From Collodictyon triciliatum (taxonomy: Eukaryota), in the NCBI GenBank assembly GCA_043381765.1, contig JBHJMP010000834.1, positions 1 through 64,000 of the forward strand: DNA of 64,000 nt, read 5' to 3'. A model generated the notes under the pieces. It saw only the letters and a program-made list of their open reading frames with translations. It did no database searches and had not been told where the DNA came from. Position numbers and translations under genes: made by a program. Of the stretch, positions 50,641-63,444 are shown piece after piece; positions within the stretch are counted from its first letter, which is position 1; every line of letters starts with the position of its first letter.

Positions 50641-52155
50641 ATGATATTAGCTGAATTATATCTAATGGCAAGTTTGCCAATTTTATTAACTTTTGGAACT
50701 TGGTGTTCCTCAACTCATTATTATTCTATTCATTGGTTAATAATAGAAATAATAGGCATAGCCCTTTATTTATTGACTAATTTTAATGAATCTTTCGACC
50801 AAGGTAGTGGACATCTTTACGTTGCCGATAGTTTATCTCAGTTTACAGGGGTAATCATTCTAATCAGTTTTCTAGTTAGTTTATTATTATCTATTGGATA
50901 TACAAGTGGGTCTAAAGGTCCGATCAATGACTTCTGTAAAATTGAATATCCTCTAATAATGTTTCTAGCGATTCTAGGGATTTTTTTTATTATTTCATCT
51001 AATGATTTTTTAACTTTATATTTAGCCTTAGAATTAAGCAGTTTATCCCTTTATGTCTTATCAACCTTCTTACCACAAAATTTATATTCTACCGAATCCG
51101 GATTGAAGTATTTCGTTTTAGGTTCTTTAGCCTCAACAATCTATTTATTAGGATTTTCATTAATATATGGTTTTAGTGGTTTATCAAATTTCAATGACTT
51201 AGGTTTATTAATCGGTTTAGTTGATCCACTTTGCTCTGAGGGAACACATTCCTCATTATTAATCGGATTCGCCCTAGTCACTTTTGGTTTATTATTTAAA
51301 TTAGGAGCTGTTCCTTTCCATTCTTGGCTTATCGATGTTTATGATGGATCTCCAACTCCAATAACAACATTTTTTGCTTTAACTCCTAAAATTGCAATAA
51401 TAACAATAATAATAAGATTAGGTTGGTCAAATACTAATATTGCAGATGGGATCTTATCTGGGGGTGATGCAAGTTGGTCTCACATCTTCTATATTACTGC
51501 AATATTATCTTTAATTGTAGGAACAATAGGAGCAATTGGTCAAACTAAAATAAAAAGACTATTAGCTTATAGTGCTGTAAATCATATTGGGTTTATTTTA
51601 ATTGCTTTTGCTTCAGGTTATGATACAAACCCATCTGCAATTTTAGCAATACAAGCAATTTATTTTTATTATATAATATATCTTGTAATGACAGCAAACC
51701 TATTCTCATTGGTCTTGGCGATAGGACAAAACTGGGCTTTACCGGATTCAATTTCAACTCTTAACTATCTTTACTATAACAATAAATTATTAGCAGTTAG
51801 CCTGGCATTAACATTATTCTCAATTGCTGGAATTCCGCCTTTAGCTGGATTCTTTAGCAAATTGAATCTATTTCTCATTGCTATTCAAGGGAAATTATAT
51901 CCTTTAATAATAGTAGCGATAGTAACAAGTGTCATAGCTACCTTCTACTATATTAGATTAATTAGATTAATTTTCTTCGGTGGACAGGCCTGCCCTCCTA
52001 CTGATCCAGAAATTACTTTTAATAATCCAAATCGACAAAATTCCATTATTTTAGCTATTACCTTAATTGCTGTTGTAATATTCTTCTTAGGATTACAAAA
52101 TTTATTATTATTACCAACTTATAATTTAGCAATATCAGTAGTACACTTTGCTTAA
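50641..52155 (+). CDS. nad2: NADH dehydrogenase subunit 2
   Basis: ESGLKYFVLG, FKLGAVPFHSWLIDVYDGSP, KRLLAYS, SIAGIPPLAGF. Confidence 0.98.
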   Translation: MILAELYLMASLPILLTFGTWCSSTHYYSIHWLIIEIIGIALYLLTNFNESFDQGSGHLYVADSLSQFTGVIILISFLVSLLLSIGYTSGSKGPINDFCKIEYPLIMFLAILGIFFIISSNDFLTLYLALELSSLSLYVLSTFLPQNLYSTESGLKYFVLGSLASTIYLLGFSLIYGFSGLSNFNDLGLLIGLVDPLCSEGTHSSLLIGFALVTFGLLFKLGAVPFHSWLIDVYDGSPTPITTFFALTPKIAIITIIIRLGWSNTNIADGILSGGDASWSHIFYITAILSLIVGTIGAIGQTKIKRLLAYSAVNHIGFILIAFASGYDTNPSAILAIQAIYFYYIIYLVMTANLFSLVLAIGQNWALPDSISTLNYLYYNNKLLAVSLALTLFSIAGIPPLAGFFSKLNLFLIAIQGKLYPLIIVAIVTSVIATFYYIRLIRLIFFGGQACPPTDPEITFNNPNRQNSIILAITLIAVVIFFLGLQNLLLLPTYNLAISVVHFA

Positions 52156-52345
52156 TCTAAATAGGCCGCTGTGGCCCCTTGGTTGATCTCTTCCCATCAA
52201 AACGTAGTTCATTAACCGTTACGCTTCGCTGACTTCTTGCTTTTTCGTCCGCAGATTGAGCGAAGCGGATCAATATCCATTCCTCCTGCCCCCGGCAGGG
52301 CCGGTTGGGCCGGCCCCTTAATAAGCACACTCGCCTAATTATATT

Positions 52346-52888
52346 ATGTCAAGATTTCATTCTTCTTTAAAAAACAAAGCTCCGCAGCAGCCCCTTTCTG
52401 GTTGGATTTGGTCATTACCTCGTTTTTCAGGTTTGGCCCAATTTGGTATGGCAATTAGAATTAAATATAAATTAATACGATATGGGGGTAAGCAAGGGAA
52501 AACGGGCGTACGCCACCCGAGCCTTTCTCCTGGGGATACATCAATGTGGCCAACTTCACTTGTTCTAGAATCTTCACCAAGCTATGCGCTAGGCTATCCT
52601 GCAACAATCATGTCCCGATCTAAAAAATTAGATTATTATTCTGTTGGATGGGGGTATAGTCATAGTGATCTCATAAATATTGGAGAGGACTCGCTTCACT
52701 CATCGAATGGGTCTCAGCCTTACTCTGCTCCTGCATCACGTTTCGTTCGGCATTCAAAAAATAAAAAATCGCTCCCAAGGGACGGCCAAGGGGTTCATCC
52801 CGCTTCGCTCAGGGGTGTACCTTTACCGATTGACCCGAAAGTTTTATGGATCGTTGGATCAAATGGAAAGGGTATAATAATACAGTAA
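52346..52888 (+). CDS. rpl6: probable divergent ribosomal protein L6
   Basis: VGWGYSHS and C-terminal GKGII resemble uL6 LGYSH and KGKGI; inflated by repeats. Confidence 0.55.
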   Translation: MSRFHSSLKNKAPQQPLSGWIWSLPRFSGLAQFGMAIRIKYKLIRYGGKQGKTGVRHPSLSPGDTSMWPTSLVLESSPSYALGYPATIMSRSKKLDYYSVGWGYSHSDLINIGEDSLHSSNGSQPYSAPASRFVRHSKNKKSLPRDGQGVHPASLRGVPLPIDPKVLWIVGSNGKGIIIQ

Positions 52889-52894
52889 TAAAAG

Positions 52895-53623
52895 ATGATA
52901 TATAGATCACCACTAGAACAATTTGAAATTTACTATATTTTTGGTCCAATAACTAATTCAGCATTATTTATTTTATTAGCTTTTATATTAATTTATCATT
53001 TTTTATATTTTGGAACTAAAAAAGGGACAATAATTCCAAATCGTTGGCAATCAGTTGTTGAATTACTTTATTTGGCTCTATTGAATTTAATAAAAGAAAA
53101 TATTGGAGCAAAAGGGATTAAATATTTTCCTTTTATTTTTATTATTTTTATTTTTATTTTATTTACTAACTTATTAGGAATGATCCCCTACTCATTTACA
53201 GTAACTAGCCATATTGTAGTTACTTTTACATTATCATTATCCATCTTTATTGGGGTAACTCTAATAGGATTAAAAATTCACGGACTTCACTTCTTTAGTT
53301 TTTTTGTACCTCAAGGTGCTCCAAAACTATTACTACCATTATTAGTAGTTATAGAAGCAATTTCTTATACCGCACGAGCTTTTAGCTTAGCTATCCGATT
53401 GTTTGCTAATATGATGTCTGGCCACACTTTATTAAAAATTATTGCTTCCTTTGGTTGGACTTTAATTACAATGGGTGGAATCGCATTACCTTTGTTATCG
53501 GTTATTCCTATTGCTTTAATATTAGCAATCACTGGATTAGAAATTGGTATTGCTTTCCTTCAGGCTTATGTATTTACCATTTTAACTTGTATTTATTTAA
53601 ATGATACAATCCATCTACACTGA
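52895..53623 (+). CDS. atp6: ATP synthase subunit 6
   Basis: SPLEQF, SLAIRLFANMMSGH, LQAYVF. Confidence 0.99.
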   Translation: MIYRSPLEQFEIYYIFGPITNSALFILLAFILIYHFLYFGTKKGTIIPNRWQSVVELLYLALLNLIKENIGAKGIKYFPFIFIIFIFILFTNLLGMIPYSFTVTSHIVVTFTLSLSIFIGVTLIGLKIHGLHFFSFFVPQGAPKLLLPLLVVIEAISYTARAFSLAIRLFANMMSGHTLLKIIASFGWTLITMGGIALPLLSVIPIALILAITGLEIGIAFLQAYVFTILTCIYLNDTIHLH

Positions 53624-54505
53624 ACTACATCATTGTTCGGTGCTTCTCAGGCTTAAGAGACGGTCCATTCTTTTTACGGATTCGCTCCGCTCCGCTCCTC
53701 ACTATGACCTTGAAATGCGGCGCAGCCTGAAATGAAGGCGTTACTTGTCCGAAGGTCCGGAGGGGCAGCCCCGTAATAGGGAACCGGAGCAAGTCGCTTG
53801 TGAACGGGCTGCGGCCGAAGGCCTTGGGTTAAGCCTCCGACCGCATCCCTCAACGTTCGGGTCTAAAGAGAGGTAAAAAGGGGTGCATAGCGCCAAAGGT
53901 CGCCGCTTCCGTCTTAGGCAGCGGTCCAACCCAGAGTTTTCTCTATTAGGCAAAGCTAGTTCCGACAGTTGTTGACAATTCGGCAGCCGCAAGGTCGTAA
54001 CGACCGTGCAGCTGCCATTCATAAAAAAAACGAAGCAAAAACAAAAGCGTTATTCGGCATGTCGGGCCTTGAACGTGCCCTGAGCTCGAGCGAACATGTG
54101 AATGGGGGAAAGAAGAGAGTATGTATGCACCGCAATAGGCGAACACAAAAACGAGCGAAGTGGGCGTACGCCCCGTCCTTGCTGCGCTTTTTTGGAAGGG
54201 GGAACGAATGGGAAAGAACATGTTTTTTCCCCGCCTCACTTCGTTCTACGCGGGTTCCAAGCGCCCGTGTTGAGCGAAGCGGCTTTCGTTCGACCTTTCA
54301 TTACGCTTGCTGCCCCTAAAATAGGCTCAAGCGGTTTTCTTTTATAAAAAAAGACCGGTCGTTGCCCCGCTCTTTTTGTTAAGATCGAAGCAACGGCCGG
54401 ATGGATGGGCCGATGGAAAAAAGCGCTCATTTGTTGGACAATGAACAGCTATCCCCGACAGGTAAACCCGTTCACAATGAACTTGTTCCCCCCAGCGGAA
54501 TTTCC

Positions 54506-55780
54506 CTAAAGGCGGGAGGTGGTCGTATTAATTTGGACAATAATGATACCGATCAACACAATTAAAAGAAGGTCATTAAGAGGGAATGAAGCAATGATGG
54601 CATCTTTTTGGCTAGCTGCTAGCAGCAGTAATATTAACCCAGAAACCATAATAAAGGTATAGTGATAAATTAATCCAGATTGTATATTTCGAGCTCTATC
54701 CACTGTGAAGCGTATAATTGATGCTATTCCATAAGGACCTAATATTTCTATTATTCCTTTATCTAATAATTTAAAGGTAGTATGATAACCTATTTTTAAT
54801 AGTGGTTGAACGCAGAATCTATTATATATTTGATCAAAATACCACTTTTGATTAAAGAAAGAATAAACGAAACGGGCCACTGCAGTCCCTTGTTCAGGAG
54901 AAGCCCAGTTCCATAATAAATTAGAACTATAAAGAGAATATCCAATTATTGCTCCTAATAAGCTGAAAATTACAGGAATTAATTTAATGAAGAAAGGTAA
55001 AAATTCCGCATCATTAGGTAATAAAACAATTGCGTTATTCCAGAATGGTGTACCAAATCCGATTATTAAATCTTTTGTTAAGAAACCAATAAATATACTT
55101 CCAAAAGCTAAAATCATTAAAGGAATCGCCATTTTAATCGGAACCTCGTGCACATTTTTTAAAATAGAATGATAAGCATTGGTATCGGTAATGAAAGTTA
55201 AATAAATTAATCTAATAGAATAGAAAGCAGTAAAGAAAGCAGAAATAGTACCTAACCAATAAGCAAAACTACTATCAAATGAGACGAAAGAATAAGCAAA
55301 AGTTGATTCTAATATAACATCTTTAGAATAATAACCAGTTAAAAATGGGAAACCCATTAAAGATAATGATCCAATTAAAATCATAACATAAGTAAATGGT
55401 AATAATCTAATTAGACCACCCATTTTTCTCATATCTTGTTCATCTCCTAAAGCATGAATTACGGCTCCAGCACTTAAGAATAATAAAGCTTTAAAGAAAG
55501 CATGGTTTGCTAAATGAAAGAAACTTGTAGCAAAACTAGCTATTCCACAAGCAAAAACCATATAACCTAATTGACTACAAGTAGAATAAGCAATTACTCT
55601 TTTTAAATCATTTTGTAATAAACCACTTGTTGCCGCAAATAATGCTGTTAAAGAACCCATTATTGTCATAAGAACTAAAATATCTTCTGCTACAATAAAT
55701 AATGGAGAAGACCTTATTATTAAGAATACTCCTGCAGTCACCATTGTAGCGGCATGGATTAAAGCAGAAACTGGAGTTGG
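54506..55780 (-). CDS. nad5: NADH dehydrogenase subunit 5, exon 2
   Basis: PTPVSALIHAATMVTAG, DLKRVIAYST. Confidence 0.97.
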   Translation of the reverse strand, partial: PTPVSALIHAATMVTAGVFLIIRSSPLFIVAEDILVLMTIMGSLTALFAATSGLLQNDLKRVIAYSTCSQLGYMVFACGIASFATSFFHLANHAFFKALLFLSAGAVIHALGDEQDMRKMGGLIRLLPFTYVMILIGSLSLMGFPFLTGYYSKDVILESTFAYSFVSFDSSFAYWLGTISAFFTAFYSIRLIYLTFITDTNAYHSILKNVHEVPIKMAIPLMILAFGSIFIGFLTKDLIIGFGTPFWNNAIVLLPNDAEFLPFFIKLIPVIFSLLGAIIGYSLYSSNLLWNWASPEQGTAVARFVYSFFNQKWYFDQIYNRFCVQPLLKIGYHTTFKLLDKGIIEILGPYGIASIIRFTVDRARNIQSGLIYHYTFIMVSGLILLLLAASQKDAIIASFPLNDLLLIVLIGIIIVQINTTTSRL

Positions 55781-57142
55781 CGATAATGTTGGTCCAAGGG
55801 GGAGTTCGTGCGGCCCATGTGATGACCGTCTATGACCCATTCCCGGCGGAAATGAGTGAACACGATTGTTTCCTTCGCAAGCGCATTCTTCCAAAGGAAA
55901 GAAGAGACGGCGTCCATAAAACCGTTACCCCTGTTTTAAGGAAAGAAGAGACGGCGTCCCTTGGACACACCATCCCTCACGAGATGGGTCGGACTTTATC
56001 TTCATCTTCTGCGGGCGGAGCGTTGTCCCTCCAGCGTGTGAACTGGCTTTGCCTTTCCCTCCCTAACGAGCGAAAAGCATTGAAGATGCTCAGCGTAAAG
56101 TCTCTGAGGTTCCCTATTTAGAAGTAAGCGCTGTTGGCAAGGTAATGACGCGGGTGATGCTGACGCAGGGGGAGGAGAGAAGCGAAACCCTGTTACCTTG
56201 CTCTTCGTCCGTTCACGATGAACCAGCTACAGAAGCGCCACTTAAAGCAAGATCAAGGTCGAATGACAGCTTATTACCGGCTTGTAACCGGAAGAAAAGG
56301 GAACTGGAAGCGCAATAAAACCAACAGTCGTCATACGGCCTCTTGTACATGCACGAGTGCAAGGTCCTGGAAAACTGGTCGTTACGACTGCTTGTTTTCC
56401 AACTTACCCCCCTCGCGCCTTGCGGCGAAACCAATGTTCTCATCCCGAAAGCGTTAACACCATCATAAACCTATTCCCTGTTCCTTCTAATTTGGTTACC
56501 TGCTGATTGACCTCGCTCGACAGAGCGGTCCGCTTCGCTCGAATGAAACAATATTGTCGAGTGCAGCGAAGAGCGGAAGGGGGAACAAGGGGAAACATCA
56601 ATCGAACAAAGTTCACCCCGTTTTTCCTCTTACCTAACGACCGTGTCACTGCTGCAGGGGGGAAACCCGGTCATTGCGCAACTTTGTTTCCATAGCTCCA
56701 AACATACATGCACCAACTGTCGGAGCTTTGATCGCTCTTTTCCACCCGGGAGGGAAGCAGAGCGAAGCCGTTCAACTTTAGAGATGCAAGTGGAGCGAGA
56801 GCGACAACGCTCAGCCGGGGGCCAGTTACATTTACATAGACCTTTGGCTGGGCATACACAATCTGCTGCGGCCCTGATCTCATATATTCGCTGCTTTCGA
56901 CAAGTTACAGGTTGAGCGAAGAGCGCGCACAAGGTGGAATTACCCTACCCTTTGGTCCGTTTTAAGGAACGAACGAAGGCCACATCAAGCAGGTCCCGTA
57001 GAGCGAAGCGACTTCTATGACCACCTTTCGGACGACGACTCAGTTGCAGAGGACCGAGTGATTCCCCCCGCTTTGTTTGAGGTTGTTCCAGCATATAGCT
57101 GAGTTGATGAGAGCCCAAGGCGGTCGTAACGACCTTACCCTA
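55781..57142 (-). mobile_element. cis group I intron in nad5 (AMEG|PTPV site), no ORF
   Basis: exon ends GGT, intron ends G; R CCTCAGAGACTTTAC, S AAGATAAAGTCC. Confidence 0.92.
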
Positions 57143-57871
57143 ACCCTCCATCGCATCTGGTAACCAAGTGTGTAATCCAATTTGAGCAGATTTACCAACC
57201 GCCCCAATAAATAATAGTAACGCTACTAATGTTAAAATAGAGTGAGGTATTGTTAAGGCTGAGCCGGAAACTATAGAAAAAATGGTTTCATAATCAACAC
57301 TTTTAAATATAACCATTAATCCTATTATTCCTAAAATTAAACCAAAATCCCCAATCCTATTAACTATTATAGCTTTCATTGCACTTTTATTTGCGGCAAT
57401 TCGAGTAAACCAAAAATTTATTAATAGGTATGAACATAAACCTACACCTTCCCAACCTACAAACATTTGTAGATAATTATCAGCAGTTACTAAGATTATC
57501 ATTAAAAAGGTAAAGAAGGATAGATAAGACATAAATCTTGGTAAATGAGGATCTTCAGACATATAATCTATGGAATATAGATGAACTAATGTTGAAATAC
57601 TAGTGATGATCACTAACATTGAAACCGTTAAGCTATCAAATAAAAATCCCCAATCCGCCTCTAATAAATCACTTTCTATCCACTTTGCTAATTTTATCTC
57701 ACAAACACTTCCTAAAATTCCAACTTCATATAAACTTGTTAATGATAGAAAACAAGTAATTCCTACTAATGTTGTTGTTATTAGACTAGAACCCTTTGGC
57801 CCTAAGAAGCGACCAAAAAAACCTGATAATAGAGATGCTATCCCTGGTATTATTATAATACTTAAATACAT
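57143..57871 (-). CDS. nad5: nad5 exon 1
   Basis: [34 protein letters not shown]. Confidence 0.97.
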
Positions 57872-58517
57872 AAACTTTTTTTACAGTAAGCGCATTGGCT
57901 TCAAGCGAAGTGTACGAAGTGTAGGCAAGAGTGGCAGTTAGGGGAAGCAGGGGTAATGTGATGATCTTTCTTTAGTCCCCCGTATTTACCCAGCAACCAA
58001 CCCGCTGGCGGGGAACAATAAATGACCGTATCGCTTCGTATGAACCGGTGCAAGGTCGTCAAGGCGGGTGTTTCACTTCCCCTTGCTTCGCCCGTCTCGC
58101 GCTTGTTAAGGTGCCGCCCCCCGAACCCTTGGAAGCTGTCATTCGTGCTTTTGGGCGCTCATTACAACAAAGCCTCCTTTATTATATACGCTTCGCTCGG
58201 ATTCATCCCATTGAGCGAGCGAACGCGGTCATTCGACCTTGATCCCCCTTCGCTTGCTCCGGCCAGGCATCAAGGTCATAATGACAGGATCAAACCACTT
58301 CAATCAACCGTAACAGCACTTGGTATATAAGAGGGGAAGCAAGGTCCGTCCCCGACTGCTTCGACCCAAAGGAGCAAAGCGGGAGCGAAGCTGGGGAACG
58401 ATAGTTGGCAATCTTATTTTCCAGTTCCCCGCAGAGCGAAGCTGCAGTCGCTCAACTTTAGAGATGCAAGTGGAGCGAGAGCGGCAACGCTCCGCCCCAG
58501 ATATATGAACACTTAAG

Positions 58518-58590
58518 CGGGATGTAGCGCAGTTGGTAGCGTACTTGTTTTGGGAACAAGTGGTCACATGTTCGAGTCATGTCATCCCGA
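58518..58590 (+). tRNA. trnP: tRNA-Pro(UGG)
   Basis: CGGGATGTAGCGCAG, anticodon TGG. Confidence 0.95.
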
Positions 58591-59006
58591 TCAATGGTCA
58601 CCTTTTAGGCTGAGAAAAAAGCTTGCCACTTACCTTTACCCTCTATATTATTGCCTGATGATAATAAGGCCTTTGGGTTCACAATGAACAACCGCTTCAC
58701 TTGCCCTTGGAATCGGGTCACTGCTTATAACAAGACGGCAATAACCCCCCGTTGAGCGACTGTGACCTTAATGTCGGCCTGTTTTCCTTTTATTAGAGAA
58801 ACTGAACGCGGTCGTAACGACACGGAGATTACTGTTCCCCTATTACGGAGAGTCTCACTGCTTATAACACACTGGAACGCTTGCTCTTTGCACGGAAGGA
58901 ACGCTTGACCGTGACCTGGAAAGCAGCGAACCGCTTGTTTTTTGCTAATAAATTAACGCAATAAACAGACATTCCTACGGGTATAATAAAATGGTAAAAA
59001 AAAGTT

Positions 59007-59399
59007 ATGAGAATAATAAAAAAAAATCATTTATTAGCGGTTGTTAATAATTATGTTGTTGAATATCCTGCTCCAAGTAACATTAATTATCTTTGGAGTT
59101 TTGGATCTTTAGCAGGTTTATGTTTAGTAATTCAAATTATGACCGGAATAGGATTAGCAATGCACTATACACCTCATGTAGATTATGCTTTTCTTAGTGT
59201 TGAGCATATAATGAGAGATGTAAATTATGGTTGGTTAATGAGATACATACATGCGAATGGCGCTTCTATGTTCTTTATTGTTGTCTATATACATATATTT
59301 AGAGGATTATATTTCGGTTCATATAATCGTCCTAGAGAAGTCTTATGGATGAGCGGAGTGACAATCTTGTTATTAATGATGGCAACAGCGTTTATGGGT
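59007..59399 (+). CDS. cob: apocytochrome b exon 1
   Basis: [21 protein letters not shown]. Confidence 0.97.
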
Positions 59400-60446
59400 G
59401 AAATTTACATTGCCTAAAATGGAACAAAGAGGCGGCATTTTCTCCGTTGCGTGTCATAGGGAGCAAAGCGTGTTGTAATTGTGAATGAGAGTGGAGCGCA
59501 TTCAACGTGGCCGAAGGCCTAACAGAGGGATGCCGATAAAAAAAAGGGCAAGGAGGGCAGACGTTCGAAAGAGGACTCAGTGACCGCGTGACCCCCCCTC
59601 GAGCTCATTTCCCTCTCTTCTTTCACGAAGCGAGGCCGTCTCTTCTTTCCTCCTTGGTGAAGTGTAACGAAGTGTAACGAAGTGTAACGAAGTGTAACGA
59701 AGTGTAACGAAGTGTAACGAAGTGTAACGAAGCGGCGCAGCCTGTTTTCCTCTCTTCTTTCCAGCATTTGAGGGTTAGGACGTTACGACCGCATCCTCCG
59801 GCAAGCGTTCGGCCAAAGCGTGTGACCGTTTTTTTTAAACAAACAGGTTTTTCGCGTCGTCGTAACAACGTTGACAACTCACTTCGTTCTTCGTCATGTC
59901 GGGCCTTGACAGCCTCCACGTTTCAGCCTTCACGTTTCATCCTTCACGTTTCATGCAGCCCGTTTCGCACCCCACATTTGTTTCATAGTCCTACCCAAGG
60001 TCATCATGACCGGCTGGTGTGTAATCTACACAGATAAACATCGGGGAAGGGTAGATCACCCTGACAGGGGTGTGCGCCGTGCAGCGGTTAGGCGATGTCA
60101 GCGAAAACGAGTCAAAGGGCAGATTCCATCCCACTTGAGGCGAAGCCAAGCGTTCCTTTCATTGTGACCGCCTATTCCCCACCTTCTTCGCTTTTGGGAT
60201 TCCCAAGACCGTCGGCTCTGTGTAGGGTCGCTACAGACTAGGTCGCTGATGGGTATCTGAAATGATGCTTAATGTATAGTCGGAAAGTCAGGGGGTTCTT
60301 TCGCTGGACCCGCTTTCAAGGCCTTAAATGAAAATACATCGAAACCACTTGTAGCCAGTTGGCCGAGCCGGGGGATGATGTATTCGATAAGGTACAGACG
60401 TACTTTCTCAGGAATTGCGCTTGGATGATTAAGTATGAGACTTTTG
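59400..60446 (+). mobile_element. cis group I (ID-like) intron after cob nt 393, no ORF
   Basis: GGT|...G|TAT; R GTCGCTACAGACT, S AATGTATAGTCGG; contains (GAAGTGTAAC)x7 tandem repeat. Confidence 0.92.
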
Positions 60447-61256
60447 TATGTGCTACCTTGGGGCCAAATGTCTTTTTGGGGAGCAACTGTTATTACTAAT
60501 TTATTCTCTGCAATCCCAGTAATAGGAGGAGATTTAGTTAAATGGTTATGGGGAGGTTTCTCAGTAGATAATGCTACTTTAAATCGATTCTTTAGTTTAC
60601 ATTATTTACTACCTTTTTTAATTGCTGCAGTAGCTACTGTTCATTTAGTTGTATTACATGAACATGGTTCTAATAATCCATTAGGAATTAATAGTGCAGT
60701 TGATAAAATAAGCTTCTACCCTTACTTCCATGTTAAAGATTTATTAGGTTTCATTGCTTTCTTTATCTTCTTTGCTTATTTCGTATATTATGACCCTAAT
60801 GTTTTAGGACATCCTGATAATTATATTCCTGCTAACCCTATGGTTACTCCTCCACATATTGTTCCTGAATGGTATTTTTTACCTTTTTATGCAATATTAA
60901 GATCTATTCCAGATAAATTAGGTGGAGTAATTGCTATGTTTGCTTCTATTATATGTCTTTTAATTCTACCTTTTATTGCTAAATTAGGATTTGCTCCATT
61001 TAATATTAGAAGTTCTGCTTTCAAACCTTTCTATAAATTTTTATTTTGGTTTATTTTTATTGATTCTTTAATTTTAGGATGGATTGGGAGCCAAAGCGTA
61101 GAACCTCCTTATATTTTAATCGGACAACTCGCAACCATCTTTTATTTCTTTTATTTCTTAGCCATTTTACCCGCTTTAGCATTATTAGAAAATTGGTTAG
61201 TATATCCAAAAGTGGGCGTACGTCCCATCAAAAACGAGTTCGTAGCGAACGGGTGA
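60447..61256 (+). CDS. cob: cob exon 2
   Basis: [22 protein letters not shown]. Confidence 0.98.
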   Translation, partial: YVLPWGQMSFWGATVITNLFSAIPVIGGDLVKWLWGGFSVDNATLNRFFSLHYLLPFLIAAVATVHLVVLHEHGSNNPLGINSAVDKISFYPYFHVKDLLGFIAFFIFFAYFVYYDPNVLGHPDNYIPANPMVTPPHIVPEWYFLPFYAILRSIPDKLGGVIAMFASIICLLILPFIAKLGFAPFNIRSSAFKPFYKFLFWFIFIDSLILGWIGSQSVEPPYILIGQLATIFYFFYFLAILPALALLENWLVYPKVGVRPIKNEFVANG

Positions 61257-61480
61257 CCAAGGCGCAGGGTTACGGGAAGGCGTCGGGTCAGTCGCCGCCC
61301 TCAAGCGCCTTTCTCAATAGGCAACGGGGCAAAGCGCAGCTACGATTACGGGGCGGGCTTTAGCCCTGCCTTAACACTGTCGTAACGACCTGACATTGTG
61401 ACCTCCCTCATGCGTTTTGATGTAAAAAAAGATCGCTTGACCGGGGCAACGGGTTGCCCCGGGCAAGGGGGGGCCACGCA

Positions 61481-61547
61481 CTTGAGCGAAGCGACTCACA
61501 CGCTTGAGCGAAGCGACTCACACGCTTGAGCGAAGCGACTCACACGC
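61481..61547 (+). repeat. 22-nt tandem repeat x3 (CTTGAGCGAAGCGACTCACACG)
   Basis: directly visible. Confidence 0.9.
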
Positions 61548-61861
61548 TGAAGGGAAAATGGGCGTACGGGCATCTAGATGCAATTTTTTCCCGCAAGCCC
61601 CGCAACGACAGCGTCTTTGTTTCCTCACACACGCTCAGGTTCACAATGAAGCGCCTTGCTCCGCCTTTGGCCTTCGGCCGGTCAAAAACCATTCATTTTA
61701 CTTATCTTTTGGCTTCGCCTACTTCGCCTATGTCAAGGTCGTAAGGAGGAAGGGGCCCCCGCAGAGCGAAGCGAGTCCAAGCGCTTCACTTGCCCTCGCT
61801 TCACCTTTTGTTTCCCAAGCAAAGCGTCCTTGAAGGGGGCCGCCGTTACGACCTTGCTGTT

Positions 61862-62503
61862 CTAAATGGATGGGAACACAGTGACCCGGTCCTGATTTGG
61901 TAGTTGTACAAGGGTAGCAATCAAAAGTTTCCAATTTATCTCCCAATCATTGCTCCGGTTTTTTAGCTGCATCATAACCCTCCGTTGCTCTTTTTGACCA
62001 AGACCGATAAAAGGTGTTAACCAAGGTCGGATTTTAGAATTGATTTGAACAAAATCTCCTAATTCCACCTTGTAACTTGGTTTATATATTTTTTGACCAT
62101 TTACCAAAACATGGCCATGATTGATCAATTGTTTTGCAGTATATATTGAATTAGAGCTAAGCCCAGTTCTAAATAAAACCACATCTAATCTTAATTCTAG
62201 GTTTCGCAGAAACCCGTTTGTCGATCTGGCTTTAACCAAATATCGACAAATGTTTCCCTGTCTAATATTACCATAAAAATGTCTTAATAGGGTTTGGATT
62301 GGCATGTTCCTTTTGTGGAGAGCAGAAACCTTCGTCCCCCGTCCAGTCGAAGTCTGTTGCTCCGCTCTGTCACTATGACGGTCCGCAGCGGAGTTAAGTT
62401 CATTATGAACGCGTGGGCCCCCTTGCCCATTGCCAGTTTTCCCCCTTAATCGTTTAAATTGCTTAATTTTTTTAGGTTTTTTTAACATAACGTCCTTAAC
62501 CAC
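61862..62503 (-). CDS. rps4: ribosomal protein S4
   Basis: LELRLDVVLFR, AKQLINHGHVLVNG...KPSY.V..GD. Confidence 0.95.
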   Translation of the reverse strand: MVKDVMLKKPKKIKQFKRLRGKTGNGQGGPRVHNELNSAADRHSDRAEQQTSTGRGTKVSALHKRNMPIQTLLRHFYGNIRQGNICRYLVKARSTNGFLRNLELRLDVVLFRTGLSSNSIYTAKQLINHGHVLVNGQKIYKPSYKVELGDFVQINSKIRPWLTPFIGLGQKEQRRVMMQLKNRSNDWEINWKLLIATLVQLPNQDRVTVFPSI

Positions 62504-62718
62504 TTTTCATCATATACTATGGGGTAGCAATTGACCCTGCTTACGGATAACAACGCTCAGACCCCATCAAATATCAAATAAAGACAGGGAGGGTAAAGGT
62601 GGCTTTTCCCTTCCCTTCCCTTCCCTTCCCTTCCCATCCCATCCCATCGGGTCATCAAATAAAGCCCGGGCTTCTGGCCATCACCGCTTGCCAGTTAGTA
62701 TAAAAAGTGGCTCTAAAC

Positions 62719-63150
62719 ATGAAAACTAAAAAAAGTGTAAAAAAACGTTTTTGGATAACAAGGAATAGAGGGAACAGTTGTTCCCGGTTTTTCTGTCACT
62801 CTTTTGGTCGCAGCGACCTTTGTGAACTGGCTTCACCTATGCCGCTGAATCGCGGGCGAAGCCCAGTCGTAACGCCCGGAAAAAATGACGAGCGAAGCGA
62901 CGTTGTTTCCCTCCGTTGCAGAGGAAACAAAGCAGAAGCAAAGCAGCTTATAGCATTTCAAAAGGCGGAGAAAAAGCACGATATCTTCCAGCGCAGCCGA
63001 TTGAGAGCATCTAAAAGATGCAGCAAGGAGCAAGCCCGTAACCAAAGCATATTAGCTAGAAGTGGTTCAGCTAAAAAAGGGTTTAATCCCGTCATCATTA
63101 AAAAATGTGATAAAAAACGATTATTAAAATGCTCCCCACGGTCATTATGA
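62719..63150 (+). CDS. rpl35: ribosomal protein L35, inflated by repeat insertions
   Basis: MKTKKSVKKRF.IT..G start, K.DKKRLLK..P end; upstream of rpl20 as in bacteria. Confidence 0.8.
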   Translation: MKTKKSVKKRFWITRNRGNSCSRFFCHSFGRSDLCELASPMPLNRGRSPVVTPGKNDERSDVVSLRCRGNKAEAKQLIAFQKAEKKHDIFQRSRLRASKRCSKEQARNQSILARSGSAKKGFNPVIIKKCDKKRLLKCSPRSL

Positions 63151-63444
63151 AAGCTTGCTCTATCGGGACAAAGGGGTAGCCGACCGATGCCGCGGTTGGG
63201 GGCAAGACGTTTTGAGTCATCTGTTGGGCCGGAGAGTTTTCGAAGCCCGGTTCGCAGCGAACGTGCTTTATTTTTAGGGACCGTTCGCAGCGAACGGATA
63301 ACCATTCGGTCAAAGCCCTAACAATGGGGCCCAAGAGGTTCACTATGAACCGTGTAGAAAATAGGAAACGTTCAAAAGAGCAATAACCGGTGGGGCCGAT
63401 GACGACTGTTCCGGGCCCCGTAGAACGAAGTGAGTTGTTAAATA

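Noticed and set aside
55781-55894. ORF-track N-terminal extensions of nad5 exon 2 (likewise cox1 47082 and 48388, cob 60435, cox2 32548)
   Set aside because: These are intron or tRNA sequence read in frame, not coding.
59658-59731. CRISPR-like array
   Set aside because: 10-nt tandem repeat with no spacers, inside the cob intron; no cas genes.
60369-60400. GGGGATG...ATTCGAT resembling a tmRNA 5' end
   Set aside because: Inside the 3' peripheral region of the cob group I intron; no matching T-arm or acceptor half found.
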